64,000 nt of DNA, taken from assembly GCF_009914755.1 (NCBI RefSeq), contig NC_060940.1; one strand, given 5' to 3'. This document shows positions 12,941 through 27,597 of the stretch, one piece after another (the first letter of the stretch is position 1; each line of letters starts with the position of its first letter). The position numbers and the translations under genes were made by a program. A model generated the notes under the pieces. That model worked only from the letters and a program-made list of their open reading frames with translations, had not been told where the DNA came from and did no database searches. Source of the DNA: the human T2T-CHM13v2.0 reference genome, Homo sapiens.

Positions 12941-13677
12941 TGTAATTTTCTTAGTCTCAATTTCCTGAGTTATACACTTGAGCTAATAACATTTACCATT
13001 CAAGCGAGTTTGTTATTGTTGTTGTCATTTACGTGCAATTTAATGGATGTAAAATACTCAGCACTATAGTGCTTGGTATATAGCAAGCATTCAATATATG
13101 TATGACTTTAGCACCCAAAAGACTATTAGAAAAGTACAGTACTTATTCACGTACTCGTTTACTTAATGGCTCTTTATTAAGCCTCAACCATGTACCAAGA
13201 ACTACTATCTCACTGAAGCTGTGGTCCCGGAGGAAGACATTCCAAGTCTGAATCTCTGGTTACCACTCTGATGGAAATACGCAGCTACAACCCAATAGAA
13301 GGTCACATGCTCCAGACAGGGAACTCATCTAATGATATGGGGGTGCAGGGGTGGGGGATCACTAGGAGAGTGCAGGAGTAAAGAGGTTTCTACACTTATC
13401 CTAACGAATGAACCACAAAAGCATCATGCTGAAGCAAAAGAAGCCAGCCACAAAACAAAGGCATGCTATACAAGCCCATTTATAACAGAACAGAATGGAA
13501 ATTTTATAAAAGTTCAAGAACAAGCAAAACTAATCTATGATGATTGAATTCAGAATAATGGTTATCTTGGGGTTGGTGAGAAGGGAGCAAATAAGAACTT
13601 CATAGGGAACTAGAAATGTGCTATATCTTTGCAATGTATCTATGTAATAAAACTGCACTTGCACCTCTTAAATTTAA

Positions 13678-15293
<1,616 letters not shown>

Positions 15294-15549
15294 ATTTTAC
15301 TCTAAGTTCCAGGATACATGTGTAGCATGTGCAGGTTTGTTACATAGGTATACACGTGCCATGGTGGTTGGCTGCCCCTATCAATCTGTCATCTATATTT
15401 TAAGCCCCGCATGCATTAGGTATTTGTCCTAATGCTCTCCCTCCTCTTGCCCCCCACCCCTGACAGGCCCCAGTGTGTGATGTTCCTCTCCCTATGTTCA
15501 TGTATTCTCATTGTTCAACTTCCACTTATGAGTGAAAACATGTGGTGTT
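15294..15549 (-). mobile_element. L1PA8-10-like 3'UTR stub
   Basis: Antisense 3'UTR with ttttaagccccgcatgcattagg; TSD taaacaa(aa)ttttt at 13675 and 15549. Confidence 0.88.
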
Positions 15550-15769
15550 AAACAATTTTTTAAAAAATGTTCTGCATCTCGATCTGTGTGGTCACAATTG
15601 TATATATGTGTAAAAATTCATTGAGCTTTACACTTAAGATTCATGCATTATACTATATGTAAGCTATGCCTCCATAAAGTACCACTGAAACATAAACAAA
15701 AGGCTTTTAGATAATTACTACAGGTTTATTAACCTTCAGCCTCTGTATATTTATTGAGAATCTGCTATT

Positions 15770-16200
15770 CAATAATTCATCCATTCAACAGATATTTACT
15801 ATATAGCTACTCTGTGCCAGGTACTATTCTAGGCACTGGAGTATAGCAATGATGGACAAACTCCCTGCCTCATGGGGCTTGCATTTTAGAGCTATGTGCC
15901 AGACATAGTGCCATGTCCTGGTGGAGGAGAGGAAGTGCTTGTGGTGCAGGAATGAAAGAACTCACAGTCTAGTGGACAGACAGACACAAAGTCACACCGC
16001 ACCATGCAGTAAGTGCTGTGATAGGGCATGTGGTGTCTTGATGCACAGCAGGAAGGGGCCACGTGGGTTGATTGCAAATTTGGAGAGGGCTCCCAAGAAA
16101 ACACAACACAGCCTGAGGATGAAGCAGCAGAGATTGCAGGTGACTCTTTGGAGGAGGCAAGAGCATCCTTGAAGGCATGTGTGCAAAGGCACTGCCGCAT
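15770..16200 (-). mobile_element. L2 fragments
   Basis: attcatccattcaacagatatttact...ctctgtgccaggtactattctaggcactgga. Confidence 0.75.
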
Positions 16201-16427
16201 GGACTTGAAGGGAATCGTCAAATATCCAAATGGAGTTTCATACCATGGAGCTTACATGAATTTACAGTACAAGTGTGGCCCTGGAACCAGTGACCCAATC
16301 CTGCATCTACCACTTGATAAATATGGGACCTTGCACAATTACTCAGCCTTGAATTCTTCTTCCTGAAAATGTGACCACTGTTAGTGCTTAATTGAGGTTC
16401 TTGTGACAATTTAATGGGATCAGCCAT

Positions 16428-16919
16428 GGTGCGTTCATTTTCTATTGCTGCTATGACAAATTACCATCAACTTGGCGGGGGCTTAAATAATCCTCACTTA
16501 TTGTCTTACACTTCTGTGGTTCTGAAATGTGAAATGGGTCTCGCTGGACTAAAATCAAGGTGTCAGCAGGATTGCTTTCCTTTCCGGAGGCCGTAGGGGA
16601 GAATCCACTTCCTTGACTTTTCCACCTTTCAGAGGCTGCCCACATTCCTCGGCTTATGACTCCTTCCTTCATCTTCAAGCCAGCACCACTGCATCTCTCT
16701 GACTCTTCCATCTTCACATCTTTCTCTGTCCACATCCTGGAAAAGCTCTTCACTTTTGAGGATTCACAGGATTAAGTTGGTCCCACCTTGCTAATCCAGG
16801 ATCATCCGCATCTCAAGGTACTAAACCCTGAATCTCACAACTGCAAAGTCCCCTTTACACTATAAGCAACATATTCACAGCATGGACATCTTAGGGAAGC
16901 CATTATTCTTCCTATCACA
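16428..16919 (-). mobile_element. MLT1C-like MaLR solo LTR
   Basis: ttgctgctatgacaaattacca...ctaaaatcaaggtgtcagcagg...ccattattct.cctatcaca. Confidence 0.85.
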
Positions 16920-17770
16920 CGTGAAATTATTTAGCACAACGTCTGGCTTATAGTGTGTGCTTAATAATTGTCAGGAACTATATTACTATTATTAAATGTG
17001 ATTCAAGAGTATGAGAAGGAAATGCCAAATCCTCTGGACCAATAAGCATGCAAATATAAACCAAGTTAGGTGTAAATCCTGGGAATACTCAGGTCTCAGG
17101 GAACTACTCCAAATGATGTACAAACCTAGAGTTTCCATTTAGGCAAAAGTTTCTAATAAAGTAAGGCTTCTTCACTAAATACTATCAGTTGCATACTCAC
17201 ACGCTGGCAGAACAAAGACTGCAGGGTGTTTCAGCATCTCCATACCAACAGCTAGAACAGATTCCTCTCCTAACCCTCTGTGCCGTATCAACCAGCTGGT
17301 CTGGTCTGACTCACAAATGGCTATAGCCTGGTGGTAAACGGAACTTTGTTAACCATTTGCAAAAAATTCCAGGCAACTGGGGAGATGGAACAAAAATGCC
17401 CCCCAAAGCTGCCTCAATATCATTAAAAGTTGGGCAGTGAGGAAGCCAGGAAATAGAACACAAAGCATGTTGGGCTGAGCCATAGAATAAGAGACTTTTG
17501 GGATAGTGAACAAACTCTACCTCCCCTATTTTAAGCAGAAATCACAACCGATTTTGATTCCACTTAATAATTTCCTCGACACTTGAAGAGATGGCAGGCT
17601 CCATGAGAGCAAGGATCCTGCCAGGAAGCCAACAGTCCATCTCTGATGTCCAGTCCATGTCTAGCACACAGCTGAGACCCAATAAAATAAAATGTGTGGA
17701 ATTAAGGAATAAATGAATGGAGAGGAAATCACCCAGGATCACAATCAAGGGTGATATTTACATTCTAAAG

Positions 17771-17969
17771 CAGGGGTTGACAATCCATGGCTTGTGGACC
17801 AAATCCTCCCCACAGCCTCTTTTATATAGCCCCAAAACACAGCCAAGCCCTTTCCTGTATTGTCTGTGGCTGCCTTTGTGCTATAGCAGCAGAATGTGTG
17901 GCCTCTTGGTTTGCCAAGCCTAAAATATTGACTATCTGGGCTTTTACATAAAACACTTGCCAATTGCTG
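17771..17969. mobile_element. MER58A
   Basis: caggggttgacaa..catgg...gccaagcctaaaatattgactatctgg.c.tttaca.aaa. Confidence 0.85.
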
Positions 17970-18121
17970 CTTTACAATACTTTCTGGTAGCTTATCAAAA
18001 TAATCTTGGGATCTTTTAAATATGCAGCACCTTAAGCCCAGAATCTGAATTTTAACTAGTTTCCCAAGGTTCGAGAATCCTTGCACTTATAGAGAATTGA
18101 TCTGATTTGACAAGCACGAGG

Positions 18122-18932
18122 GCAGGGTTCTCAACTTTTCTTTTACTTTTAAGTTCAAGGATACACATGCAGATTTGTTACACAGGTAAACTTGTGCCAT
18201 GGGGGTTTGTTGTACAGGTTATTTCATCACCCAGGTATTAAGCCTAGTGCCTATTAGTTACTTTCCAGACTCTCTTCCTCCTCCCACCCTCCACCCTCTG
18301 CAAGGCCCCATTGTGTGTTTTTCCACTCTATGTGTCCATGTGTTCTCATCATTTAGCTCCCACTTTTAAGTAATAATATATGATATTTGGTTATCTGTTC
18401 CTGTGTTAGTTTGCTAAGGATAATGGCCTCCAGCTCCATCCATGTCCCTGCAAAGGACATGATCTCATCCTTTTCTTATGGCTGCATAGTATTCTGTGGA
18501 GTATGTGTACCACATTTTCTTGATCCACTCTATCACTGATGGGCAAATATTTAGGTTGATTCCATATGTTTGCTATTGTGAACAGTCCTGCAAGAACATA
18601 CACATGCCCGTGTCCTTATAATAGAACGATCTATATTCCTTTCGGTATATACCTGGAAACGGGATTGCTGGGTTGAATATTTCTGTCTTTAGGTCTTCGA
18701 GAAATTGCCACATTGTCTTCCACAACAGCTGCACTAATCTACATTCCCACCAACAGTGTATAAGCCTCGATCAGAATCACCCAAAAGGCTTGTTAAAACA
18801 CAGACTGACAATCCCTGCCCCTCACTTTCTGATTCAGTAGGATGCATATGGGCCTGAGAATGTGCATATTTTGGCCCTATCTCAAGTGATAGTGATGATG
18901 CTGGTCCAGAAACCACACTTTGAGAACCACAG
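18122..18932. mobile_element. MER5A split by an L1 insertion (18122-18136 plus 18765-18932)
   Basis: cagggttctcaact | atcagaatcacc...gcttgttaaaacacag...accacactttgagaaccac. Confidence 0.8.
18136..18764 (-). mobile_element. L1PA13-16-like 3' fragment
   Basis: tttgttacacaggtaaacttgtg...atttcatcacccaggtattaagcctagt. Confidence 0.9.
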
Positions 18933-19180
18933 CACAAAGGTTACCCAGTGCCCATCCTTGTTTAATAGTGACTCATTTTCCACACTTCAGCCTTCAGCAG
19001 TAGTGAAACATGAGTCACTGTTAAGTTCTCACGATGAAATTCTCACTATTAGTTCAGCACTATTAAGTGACTCATGTTCCACACTTCAGTGGTAGATTCT
19101 GTGTTCAGCAGGTCCCACATTTTGAAATTTGGGGTGAATTCTTCCTGCGACTCTGTGGTAATAAAGAATATGAATTATGC

Positions 19181-19925
<745 letters not shown>

Positions 19926-20170
19926 AACAGTATGAATTATTAATGCATTAGGAGGCAAAGACAGTGAAATGTCAGAAAGAAAGACACTTATGACTGCGGT
20001 TGGAATTCATACAGTGTTTCATTATTTCCAAAGGTAGTCCCCATCTATTATCTCACGTAAACCTCCAGACAACCCAGTGGGTAGGCGTTATTATTGCAAC
20101 GTGATTCTTACTCCCATTTTGCAGGAAAAAAGGAGGAGGCTGAAAGAGGTTGAAAATAGATACAAGTTAA

Positions 20171-20903
<733 letters not shown>

Positions 20904-20909
20904 CTCAAA

Positions 20910-21167
20910 CCACATATATTAAAGTAAAAAGAAAAAGTTGAAATTAATATTAATAATGTATCTTATTCAACTCACTATATTATCATTTTAATGTGCAATC
21001 AATATAAAAATTATTATTAATGAGATATTTCACATTCTTTTTTTTCACAGCAAGTCTGAAATCCAGAGTGAATTTAACACATATAGCACATTTCAGGTCA
21101 CACTAGCCACACTTCAAATGCTCAGTAGACACAGGGAGTCAATGGCCATCCTGTTGCACAAAACAGG
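20910..21167. mobile_element. MER33 (partial)
   Basis: gaaattaat.ttaataat...aatgagatattt.acattcttttt...ctagccaca.ttcaa.tgctca.tag. Confidence 0.75.
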
Positions 21168-21189
21168 TTTCTGTGGTCAAGGTGATCTC

Positions 21190-21640
21190 CTCGTCCCATG
21201 GTCCTTTTTTGAACTTGGTGTTACTGAATCTTTCCTCTACTGACATCACCTCCCTTTTCTCCTTGTCACACTCTCCTCCATTGCTGCCTGAAACATCTTT
21301 TTCTCCTTGTCCTTCTCTTATATCCCCCTATCATTCCTTCTTAGATGCACACTTTCTTCACTCGCCACTTAATGAGTTAGTGTTCCCCAAGGCTCTGTGT
21401 TGCATCCATTGTTCCTCACTGGGTACATCATTTACTTGGACATTTTATCCATCCTTCATGGTTTTAAATATATGCCAATGCCTTCCAAATCCAGATCATT
21501 CCACTGGGCTTTGATATTTAAAGAACTGGATGTTCACGGTGCCCCATAAGCCAGTTAAGCTCAGCAGACTCTAAAACTGACCTTGTCATCCACCACCCAA
21601 ACTTACTCAGTGATACCTCAATCCACAGCCATCCAGATAC
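21190..21640 (+). mobile_element. L2 body fragment
   Basis: Pyrimidine-rich L2 sequence (catggttttaaata...atgccaatg.cttccaaatc, aaaactga.cttg.catc). Confidence 0.55.
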
Positions 21641-21647
21641 CCTAGAC

Positions 21648-21867
21648 CAGTGGTTCTCAACATGCAAGGACTGTGCTCCACCAGGGGATATTTCGCTATG
21701 CCTGGAGATGCATTTAGCTGTCACAGCTAGGGGGCAGGGTATGACTGGCACCCAGTGGGTAAAGACCAGGGTTGCTGCTAAACATCCTACAATGCACAGG
21801 AAAGCTCCCTATTCACAAATAATTATCTAGCCCAAAATGTCAAGAATTCCACTGCTGAACAACTCTG
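21648..21867. mobile_element. MER20
   Basis: cagtggttctcaac...tgctgctaaacatcctacaatgcacagga.agc...aattatct.gcccaaaatgtcaa. Confidence 0.9.
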
Positions 21868-21879
21868 CCTTAAAGCCTT

Positions 21880-22036
21880 AGCTGCATCAGCAGCTCACAG
21901 GAGACTCACAGGCACGCCTACTCCCGCACGCCATCTTAGACCTACTGAATTAGAATTCTCTGAAGTGGGGCCTGGGGTTGGTGTTTTAACACACTCTCCG
22001 TGTGAATCTTATACACACTACAGTTCAAGAATCACA
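21880..22036. mobile_element. MER5A/B-like
   Basis: agacctactgaattagaa..ctctg.agtggggcct...gttttaaca...agttcaagaatcac. Confidence 0.6.
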
Positions 22037-22644
22037 CTCTAGGTAGAGCCAACCTTGACGTCAAAGAAATCTCGAGTTCTTGTTCTGCACCAAGCATTGG
22101 GATCGCTGATACAGAAAAAAGCAGCTCAAATTCAATGTTTGAGTAAGCACTTGACTTCAGCCTTCAGGATACAACCTGCTAGGCCTCCAGGTGAATAATT
22201 TAACTTGTTTTCTCTTTATTAGCACTATTCCAGAAAAAAATTGACCTGTAAGGTTCATAGTCCAAAGCAACAAGTCTTTAATGTACAATCCTTTTCTTAG
22301 CCCTGGAGCTTGGAGATTATTTCTTCAAGTTTAAAGCTAGGAAATAGAGCAGTGTTTTGGTGCATTGCCCACTAGAGAGACTGGAGTAGAGACCAATGCA
22401 GGAAAATCCTGAAACCTTTTCATCTTATTAAGCTCAGTTTATATTTTAAAACATATGAAAGAAAGTGCTTTTGAGATATGGAGATAAAGATACGATAGAT
22501 CTGCTAAGGAAAAGAGGCCTTGAGGATTGTTTAGATTCACTTGGCTGCTGGAGGGCCCTAGAAAGAAGTAAATTAGAGGGGAAATAAATCTGGAATCGAG
22601 TTCTTGCTCTGCCTTAACTGACAATGTGAATTTAAAAAAAATCA

Positions 22645-23100
22645 TTTTGGTTCAAGAAATATGTATTAAGGATCTCTGATGAGCTAGACACAAAGTTAGG
22701 TACTGAAGATAAAATAAATAAAGCAGGCAGAGTCCCCTACCTTAAGAAAATTACAGGCTGGTAAACTCTCAACAGGAGAAATATTGGATATATCAAATAT
22801 AGTTCCTTCCCCTGAGAAACGCAGACTGGTTGGTGAGACAGACAAATAGATTTTATGATTTCAGAACAATGTAGTAAATGTTAAAGTATTACAGAATGCT
22901 ATGGAATAATGGAGAGATGAAAGGCTCATTCACCCTGGGAAATAAAAGAAGCCTTTCTGGAGAAGACAAAGAGTTGTGTAGATAGTCATTTGAGAGGCAA
23001 GACTGGGGGGAAGGGGAGAGGCTAGAAGGCTATTTCAGGAATTCTATAAAGAGATGATCAAGGCATGAACAAAGGCTATGGGTGACAAATAAGAGCAGAC
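22645..23100 (-). mobile_element. L2 fragments
   Basis: ttcaagaaatatgtattaag...taggtactgaagata...gtccctacct.aag. Confidence 0.55.
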
Positions 23101-23104
23101 AGTA

Positions 23105-23575
23105 TGAGGTGGGGTGAATTAAGGATGCCCACACTGTTTTCTGTTATTCTTCCCATTGACAGGTGGATTGCTTTATTCTCCTCTTGAATCTGACCAGCAC
23201 AGTGACTATGTGACCAATAGAAAAGCCTAATTTTCAGTAAAACAGAAGCTTCCACTTCTTCCCTGATATAACAATTGCCCTTGGGTATGTCAACTCAAAA
23301 CTCAACCACCATGCTTTGTGAAATCCAAGCCACTTAAAAAGGTTACATTAGGCAGTGAGCTACGCCCCCAAGCCAATAGCCAGCTCCATCCACTTAGCCA
23401 TGTCATGAGCCATCTCATACATTTCAGCCCAACTGTGCTCTCAGGGAACTGTAGCCTCAGCTGTTATTACATGGAGCAGAAAAACCACCTAGTAGAGCCC
23501 AGTCAACCCACAGAACTGTGACTGACAATAAAATGATTCTTGTTTCTAGCTCCTGTATCTTGTAGCAAGAATATA
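23105..23575 (+). mobile_element. MLT1H-like MaLR LTR
   Basis: ttcccattga.aggtgga...gagcagaa.aaccacc.ag..gagcccagtcaacccacagaac.gtga...aataaaatg. Confidence 0.75.
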
Positions 23576-24334
23576 TAAGAATGTAAAACTGCCAATGTCG
23601 GGTAAGAAAATGAGATGGCTGAAGATGATGACATGTCAGTCTAACTTTACCATAAAAATTATCTGATCTAGTTTATCTGAAAAATAGTTCCAGCAGTGTA
23701 GAAGTTTAAGAAAACAGCAGAAGATAGCCAGAGTTCTGCTTCTGGTATGGTAGGAAATCTCTTAACAGATTCCCTCCCACACCCAAACAGGTAAAAAATT
23801 AAAGCTAGAAGGAAAAAAAAAATATACCTGAAGGCTCTGTAGAGTAAAAATAGCCAGTAGATTTCACAGGGACATTGAAACATGGAAGAAGGGCTCATCA
23901 TAGAGTTCTACATTTTTGCCACCTAGGTCTGACAGCATGCTGCTGTCCCAAAATGGCACCGGGTGGCTCAACATCTAGTGGAAGAGCCAACCTCTTTCTG
24001 GCCTGAGGAGGTGGAAGTTAGAGACCTGGAAGTCCACGGCCAGCAGAATATAAAAACCCCAGAAAGAGGAGACTTAGAGAAGGGAATTCTTGGCATGTGT
24101 ATGTAAACTCTGCCCAAGCCTCTGGCCAGTCCTTGAACAAAGGGTGAGTAGACAAGGCTCAAAGTAGTTTGCATTTAAACCCAACAGGACTGAGAACTAA
24201 GCCTCCACCTGAGAGACAGATATGGAAATGTAAGTATAACCAGGTTAGTTACCTGCTAAGACACAAATATGAATACTCTTTAAGGAAATATAACCCACAA
24301 TATAGCATTCACAAAGTGCTAGTACAATTCAAAA

Positions 24335-24442
24335 TTACTTTACATATAAGAAGTAGGGAAATCTGACCCATTCTCAAGCAAAAAAGACTTACTTTACATA
24401 TAAGAAATAGGGAAATCTGACCCATTCTCAAGGAAAGAAGAC
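24335..24442 (+). repeat. 54-bp tandem duplication (2 copies, 3 mismatches)
   Basis: ttactttacatataagaa(g/a)tagggaaatctgacccattctcaag... starts at 24335 and 24389. Confidence 0.95.
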
Positions 24443-24758
24443 AATCAACAGAGGCCAATCCCAATATGATCCAGGTGTTAAAGCAGCTATTCTAACAATA
24501 CACTTAATGAGGTAAAGGAAAATATGCTCATCACAAAGAAAAAGGTAGGAACCCTCAGAAGAGGAAAATAAAAAAAAGAACATTTAGAAATGAAAAACAA
24601 AATATCTGAAATAAAGAATTTACTGGATAGAACTAACATGAGAATGAAGATGACATAGGCAGGAGTCAGAGAGCTTGAAGATAGATCAATAGAAATGACT
24701 TAAGCAGAGGGGCTTTTATAAATTGACAGAGTGAGATCTAACATACATGTGATTAAAG

Positions 24759-25468
24759 TGTAACCACCCAAGATCACCTTGCCGCTGTCTAGACAGAGCC
24801 GATTTATCAAGACAGGGGAATTGCAATAGAGAAAGAGTAATTCACACACAGCCAGCTGTGCAGGAGACCAGAGTTTTATTATGACTCAAAATCAGTTTCC
24901 CCAAGAATACAGGGATCAGAGTTTTTAAGGATAATTTGGTGGGTAGAGGGCCAGTGATTCAGGAGTTCTGATTGGCTGTCTGGAGATGAAATCACAGGGC
25001 GTTAAAATTGTCCTCCTGCTGTGAGTCCGTTCCTGGGTGGGGGCCACAAGGCCAGATGAGCCAGTTTATCAATCTGGGTGGTGCTAACTGATCCATCAGA
25101 TGAAGGGTCTGCAAAATATCTCAAGTACCGATCTTAGGTTTTACAATAGTGATGTTATCCCCAGGAGCAATTTGGGGAGCTTTAGAGTCTTGCAGCCTTC
25201 AACTGCATGACTCCTAAACCATAATTTCTCATCCTCTGGCTTTAGGCAATCCCCAGGCAGGAAGGGTGTTTGTTTTGGGAAAGGGCTAATATCTCTTTGT
25301 TTCAAAGTTAAACTATAAACTAAGTTTCTCTGAAGGTTATTTTGGCCTACACCTCCGCCCAGGAAAAACAAGGACAACTTGGAGGTTAGAAGCAAGATGA
25401 AGTCACTTAAGTCAGATCTCTTTCACTGCCATGATTTCTCAGTTATAATTTTTGCAAAGGTGGTTTCA
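24759..25468 (-). mobile_element. LTR8-family ERV1 solo LTR
   Basis: TG...CA ends; minus strand starts tgaaaccacctttgcaaaaattataactgag; 4-bp TSD aaag at 24755 and 25469. Confidence 0.9.
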
Positions 25469-26150
25469 AAAGTTCCTACAAGAAAGAGAATGGAGAAGGG
25501 GAAAAAATATTGAAGAATAATGGCCAAAAAGAAATTTGGTGAAAGACATAAACTTACAAATTCAAGAAACTCAAAGAACCCCAAATAGGACAAATGTGGA
25601 GAAAACCATGCTAGGCACATCACAGTCAAACTGATGAAAATCAAAAGAAAGAAAATCTCAAAATTAGCAAGAGAAAAATAGCACATTATATATAGAGAAC
25701 AATGATTCAAATTTTTCACAGACTTAAGATTAGAAACTACAGAGTCCAGAAGACAGTGGAATAATGTCTTTATAAGTGCTGGGGGGAAAAAAAGCAAATT
25801 CTATAATTAGTGAAAATGCCCTTCAAGAATGAAAAAGAATTAAAGACTTTTCAGATAAAATAAAACTAAGAGAATTCATTTCCAGCAGACCAGCCCTTCA
25901 AGAAATGCTAAAGGAAGTTATTCAAGCTGATACAAGAGAAAATAATACCAGAAGAAAACTCTAATTCCTTCAGGAATTAATGAAGAGCATTAGAAGCATA
26001 AATATCTGGATAAGCATAAAAGACTCTTCTTTTAATTAAAAAAATACATATGCATGTGACTATTTAAAGCACAAATCCTTACATTGCCTCTTGGGGTATT
26101 AATGTACAGATGCAATGCATATAACACTATAGCATACAGGATGGTGAGGG

Positions 26151-26649
26151 TGGAAGAAGAGAGACAGGCCCTCTCACATTGTTTTATACGGTTTTATACT
26201 CAGAAAAAGAAAGAGAAGCGAAACTAAAGGCAGTTAGCCTGGTGCCTAGGAACCAGACCCAAAACCAAGGAACCAGACCCGAAATCAGGCCTGGGCCTGC
26301 CTGACCTAAGCCTGGTAGTTAAAGATCGACCCCTGACCTAACCGGTTATGTTATCTATAGATTCCAGACATTGTATGGAAAAGCACTGTGAAAATCCCTG
26401 TCCTGTTCTGTTTCGTTCTGATTACCGGTGCATGCAGCCCCCAGTCACATACTCCCTGCTTGCTCAATCGATCACGACCCTCTCACGTGGACCCCCTTAG
26501 AGTTGTGAGCCCTTAAAAGGGACAGGAATTGCTCAGTCGGGGAGCTCAACTCTTGAGACAGGAGTCTTGCCGATGCTCGCGGCCGAATAAACCTCTTCCT
26601 TCTTTAACTCCGTGTCTGAGGAGTTTTGTCTGCGGCTCGTCCTGCTACA
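26151..26649 (+). mobile_element. LTR2C-like (HERV-E/Harlequin group) solo LTR
   Basis: TG...CA ends; ccttaaaagggacagg TATA region, aataaa at 26586, terminal gcggctcgtcctgctaca; 4-bp TSD aggg at 26147 and 26650. Confidence 0.9.
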
Positions 26650-26777
26650 AGGGGAATGAGTAGGCCCTATACTGAAAAGTTTCTACATTGTATGTGAAGC
26701 AATGCAATACCAACCCTAAGTAGCCTGTGAAAAGCTAAAGATGTTTCATGTGATCCCTAGAGCAATCACTTTAAAAA

Positions 26778-27130
26778 TGCAAATAGAGATAATTTCACTT
26801 CTTCCTTTCCAATTTGGAAGCCTTTTATTTCTTTTTCTGGCCTAATTGCTCTGGCTAGGACTTCCAGTACTATGCTGAATAGAAGTGGTGAGATTGAACA
26901 TCTTTGTCTTGTTCCTGATCATAGAGGAAAAGCTCTCAATTTTCACCACTGAGTATGGTGTTTGTTGTGGGCTTGTTGTATTTGACCTTTATTGGATATA
27001 CTTCTATCATGAAAACACTCAGAAAACTGGTTATAGAAGGAAATAGTTTAAATTTTATAGGAATTAAAGTATTAAAATTTTTAAATAATTTTCTGCATCT
27101 ATTAAGATAATTCTGCATCTATTGAGATGA
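26778..27130 (-). mobile_element. Internal L1 ORF2 fragment (antisense, rearranged)
   Basis: gctctggctaggacttccagtactatgctgaatagaagtggtgag...cttgttcctgatc; no 3'UTR or tail. Confidence 0.85.
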
Positions 27131-27205
27131 GAGGTATAGATTAAAAGCCAATAAATAAGTTAAAACAAAGTGTGTAAATACTCTAAAAATCCATAAAAAG
27201 GCAGA

Positions 27206-27597
27206 TATAATGGGCAAAATGAATCCCCCAAAGATGTCCACACCTTTAACCCTGGAACCTCTGAATGTGTTATGTTACATGAAAAAAGTGATTATGGACC
27301 TAAAAACGGAGAGATTATCCTGGTTTATTCCATGGATCCTACTCACAAGTCCCCTGAAAAACAGAGAACTTTCTCCAGCTGGAGTCAGAGAAGTAGCAGA
27401 GAAGAAGTCAGAGAGACTCAAAGTGTCAGAGGATCTTCATTCACCATTGCTGGAGGAGCTACATGGAAAGCATGAGAAAGAAGTCTCTAGGAGCAAAGAC
27501 CAGCCTGCCATCCACAGACTGCAAATAAATGGGAACCTCAGTTCCACAACTCTTCGGTTTGTGAATCATTCGTCACAGCAGCAACAGAAAACTAACA
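27206..27597 (+). mobile_element. MLT1D/E-like MaLR LTR
   Basis: cccccaaagatgtccac...cctggaacct.tgaat.tgtta.gttacatg...acagcagcaacagaaaactaaca. Confidence 0.8.

Noticed and set aside
26248-26290. 20-bp tandem repeat aggaaccagaccc.aaa.ca
   Set aside because: As I recall, this is part of the LTR2C U3 consensus rather than a separate element.
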